From Candidatus Omnitrophota bacterium (GTDB taxonomy: Bacteria > Omnitrophota > Gorgyraeia > Gygaellales > Profunditerraquicolaceae): DNA of 64,000 nucleotides. Below are positions 63,384 to 64,000 of the stretch, piece by piece. The stretch covers positions 1,614 through 65,613 of the forward strand of contig JAQUPI010000001.1 of NCBI GenBank assembly GCA_028716705.1. The letters are read 5' to 3'. Below the pieces are notes generated by a model. It was given only the letters and a program-made list of their open reading frames with translations. It had not been told where the DNA came from and ran no database searches. Within the stretch, counting starts at the first letter, position 1; each line of letters begins with the position of its first letter. A program made the translations under genes and the position numbers.

Positions 63384-63875
63384 ATGAAACGTTTATTTGT
63401 TGATCTGGATATTTGCAATGAATGCGAAGAATGCCGGGTATGCTGCGATTATTTTTATCACCCGCAGAATAACGGAATCACGTCTCTGCGCGAGTACGCC
63501 ACTTTTGCCACCATATGCCGTCATTGCGACGAGGCGCCGTGTGTCAACTCCTGTTATCATAACGCGCTTGAGCGCGCCGCGGACGGCCATATCAAGCGTT
63601 ATAAGATGCGCTGCACAAGCTGTAAATCCTGTTCGGTGGCCTGCCCGTTCGGGATAATCTTCCAGGATTTTATACCGTACCTGGATTCAAAGTGCGATTA
63701 TTGCGTCGGTGTTTCCGGCAAGCTTCCGAAGTGCGTCACCAGCTGCCCCCAGAAGGCGCTTGAGGTCAAGGAAGTAGAAGAGAGTGTCGAAAATAATATC
63801 TACTTTGTCGGAGAACACCTGGCGGTTCATTCGAGGAAATGGTTCAGAGAGGACCTGCACCCGAAGAAGAAATGA
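63384..63875 (+). CDS. 4Fe-4S dicluster ferredoxin-domain protein
   Basis: CRHCDEAPCVNSC and CTSCKSCSVACP motifs. Confidence 0.65.
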   Translation: MKRLFVDLDICNECEECRVCCDYFYHPQNNGITSLREYATFATICRHCDEAPCVNSCYHNALERAADGHIKRYKMRCTSCKSCSVACPFGIIFQDFIPYLDSKCDYCVGVSGKLPKCVTSCPQKALEVKEVEESVENNIYFVGEHLAVHSRKWFREDLHPKKK

Positions 63876-64000
63876 AATTATTATTTAATTATCTATTATT
63901 CCCGGGTTTTCTTTTCAGCGCCTGCGTGGGGCTGATCGCCGGCTGGGTGGACAGGAAAGTGACCGCGCGCATACAATGGCGGAAAGGGCCTCCCTGGTAC
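63872..64000 (+). CDS. 5' part of a NuoH/HycD-like membrane subunit (complex-I/energy-converting hydrogenase-type), continues beyond the window
   Basis: ATGA overlap with the ferredoxin gene; VDRKVTARIQWRKGPPW is the NuoH-family signature. Confidence 0.6.
   Translation, partial: MKLLFNYLLFPGFLFSACVGLIAGWVDRKVTARIQWRKGPPWY

Noticed and set aside
1-64000. CRISPR arrays / cas genes
   Set aside because: No regularly spaced direct repeats with unique spacers were seen; the only tandem repeats are short (7-12 bp, 2-3 copies).

Overview
This 64 kb window is from an anaerobic bacterium (about 45% GC, many Fe-S, rubredoxin and ferredoxin enzymes). Every credible gene, roughly 65 CDS, lies on the + strand, and ORFs are tightly packed with frequent ATGA/TAATG overlaps. 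I see five blocks.

1. Positions 1-7.9 kb: a YcbZ/LonH-type Lon-like protease and a two-component signalling cluster (AraC-type response regulator, multi-PAS histidine kinase, two CheY-like receivers), with a DUF2934 gene and a 34-aa cysteine-rich peptide gene between the receivers.
2. Positions 7.9-21 kb: an O2/ROS detoxification island with superoxide reductase, two ferritin/rubrerythrin-like diiron proteins, a ferredoxin and a class II ribonucleotide reductase. It continues with a 2-oxoacid:ferredoxin oxidoreductase, an ECF sigma factor fused to a zinc anti-sigma (ZAS)-like tail, rubredoxin, a Tpx peroxidase fused to a pterin-carbinolamine-dehydratase-like domain, DJ-1/PfpI, a flavodiiron protein, glutaredoxin and TrxB.
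3. Positions 21-49 kb: a long co-linear sulfur and cofactor super-operon. It holds thiM-thiE, a TPP riboswitch plus terminator, thi4, then an Rrf2 regulator heading metY-cysK-metX-metW-tautomerase-cysH(APS-reductase type)-cysP(PiT)-cysK2. These are followed by sirC-hemA-hemC(truncated)-cobA-hemB-hemL and a small siroheme sulfite-reductase-like protein. Next come nrnA, Nfu, a LarE-like gene, nifS, birA, bioB-bioF-bioH-bioC-bioD-bioA, mnmA, nadA and rluA.
4. Positions 49.5-53.4 kb: an LplT-like MFS transporter with a tri-domain Aas-like acyl-AMP ligase/ACP/PlsC fusion.
5. Positions 53.4-59.9 kb: a Sec-secreted Rhs/YD-repeat polymorphic toxin locus. It comprises a 1497-aa Rhs with a C-terminal toxin, a small membrane immunity protein, then an orphan rhs C-terminal cassette that shares a 613-bp identical stretch with the main gene and carries an alternative diverged toxin domain and a second membrane immunity protein. 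A degenerate junction repeat follows each immunity gene.

Both toxin domains carry a parvovirus-type phospholipase A2 motif (YxGxG ... DAAxxxHDxxY). The toxin/immunity modules are markedly AT-rich relative to the rest of the window. The window ends with a PfkB kinase, YqeY, an AsrA/AsrB-like Fe-S/flavoprotein pair, a ferredoxin and the start of a NuoH-like membrane subunit. The Rhs-PLA2 locus and several regulatory or peptide features (a Cys-rich uORF before cysK2, an Rrf2 operator, 26-bp direct repeats flanking the TPP riboswitch) are the most interesting items.
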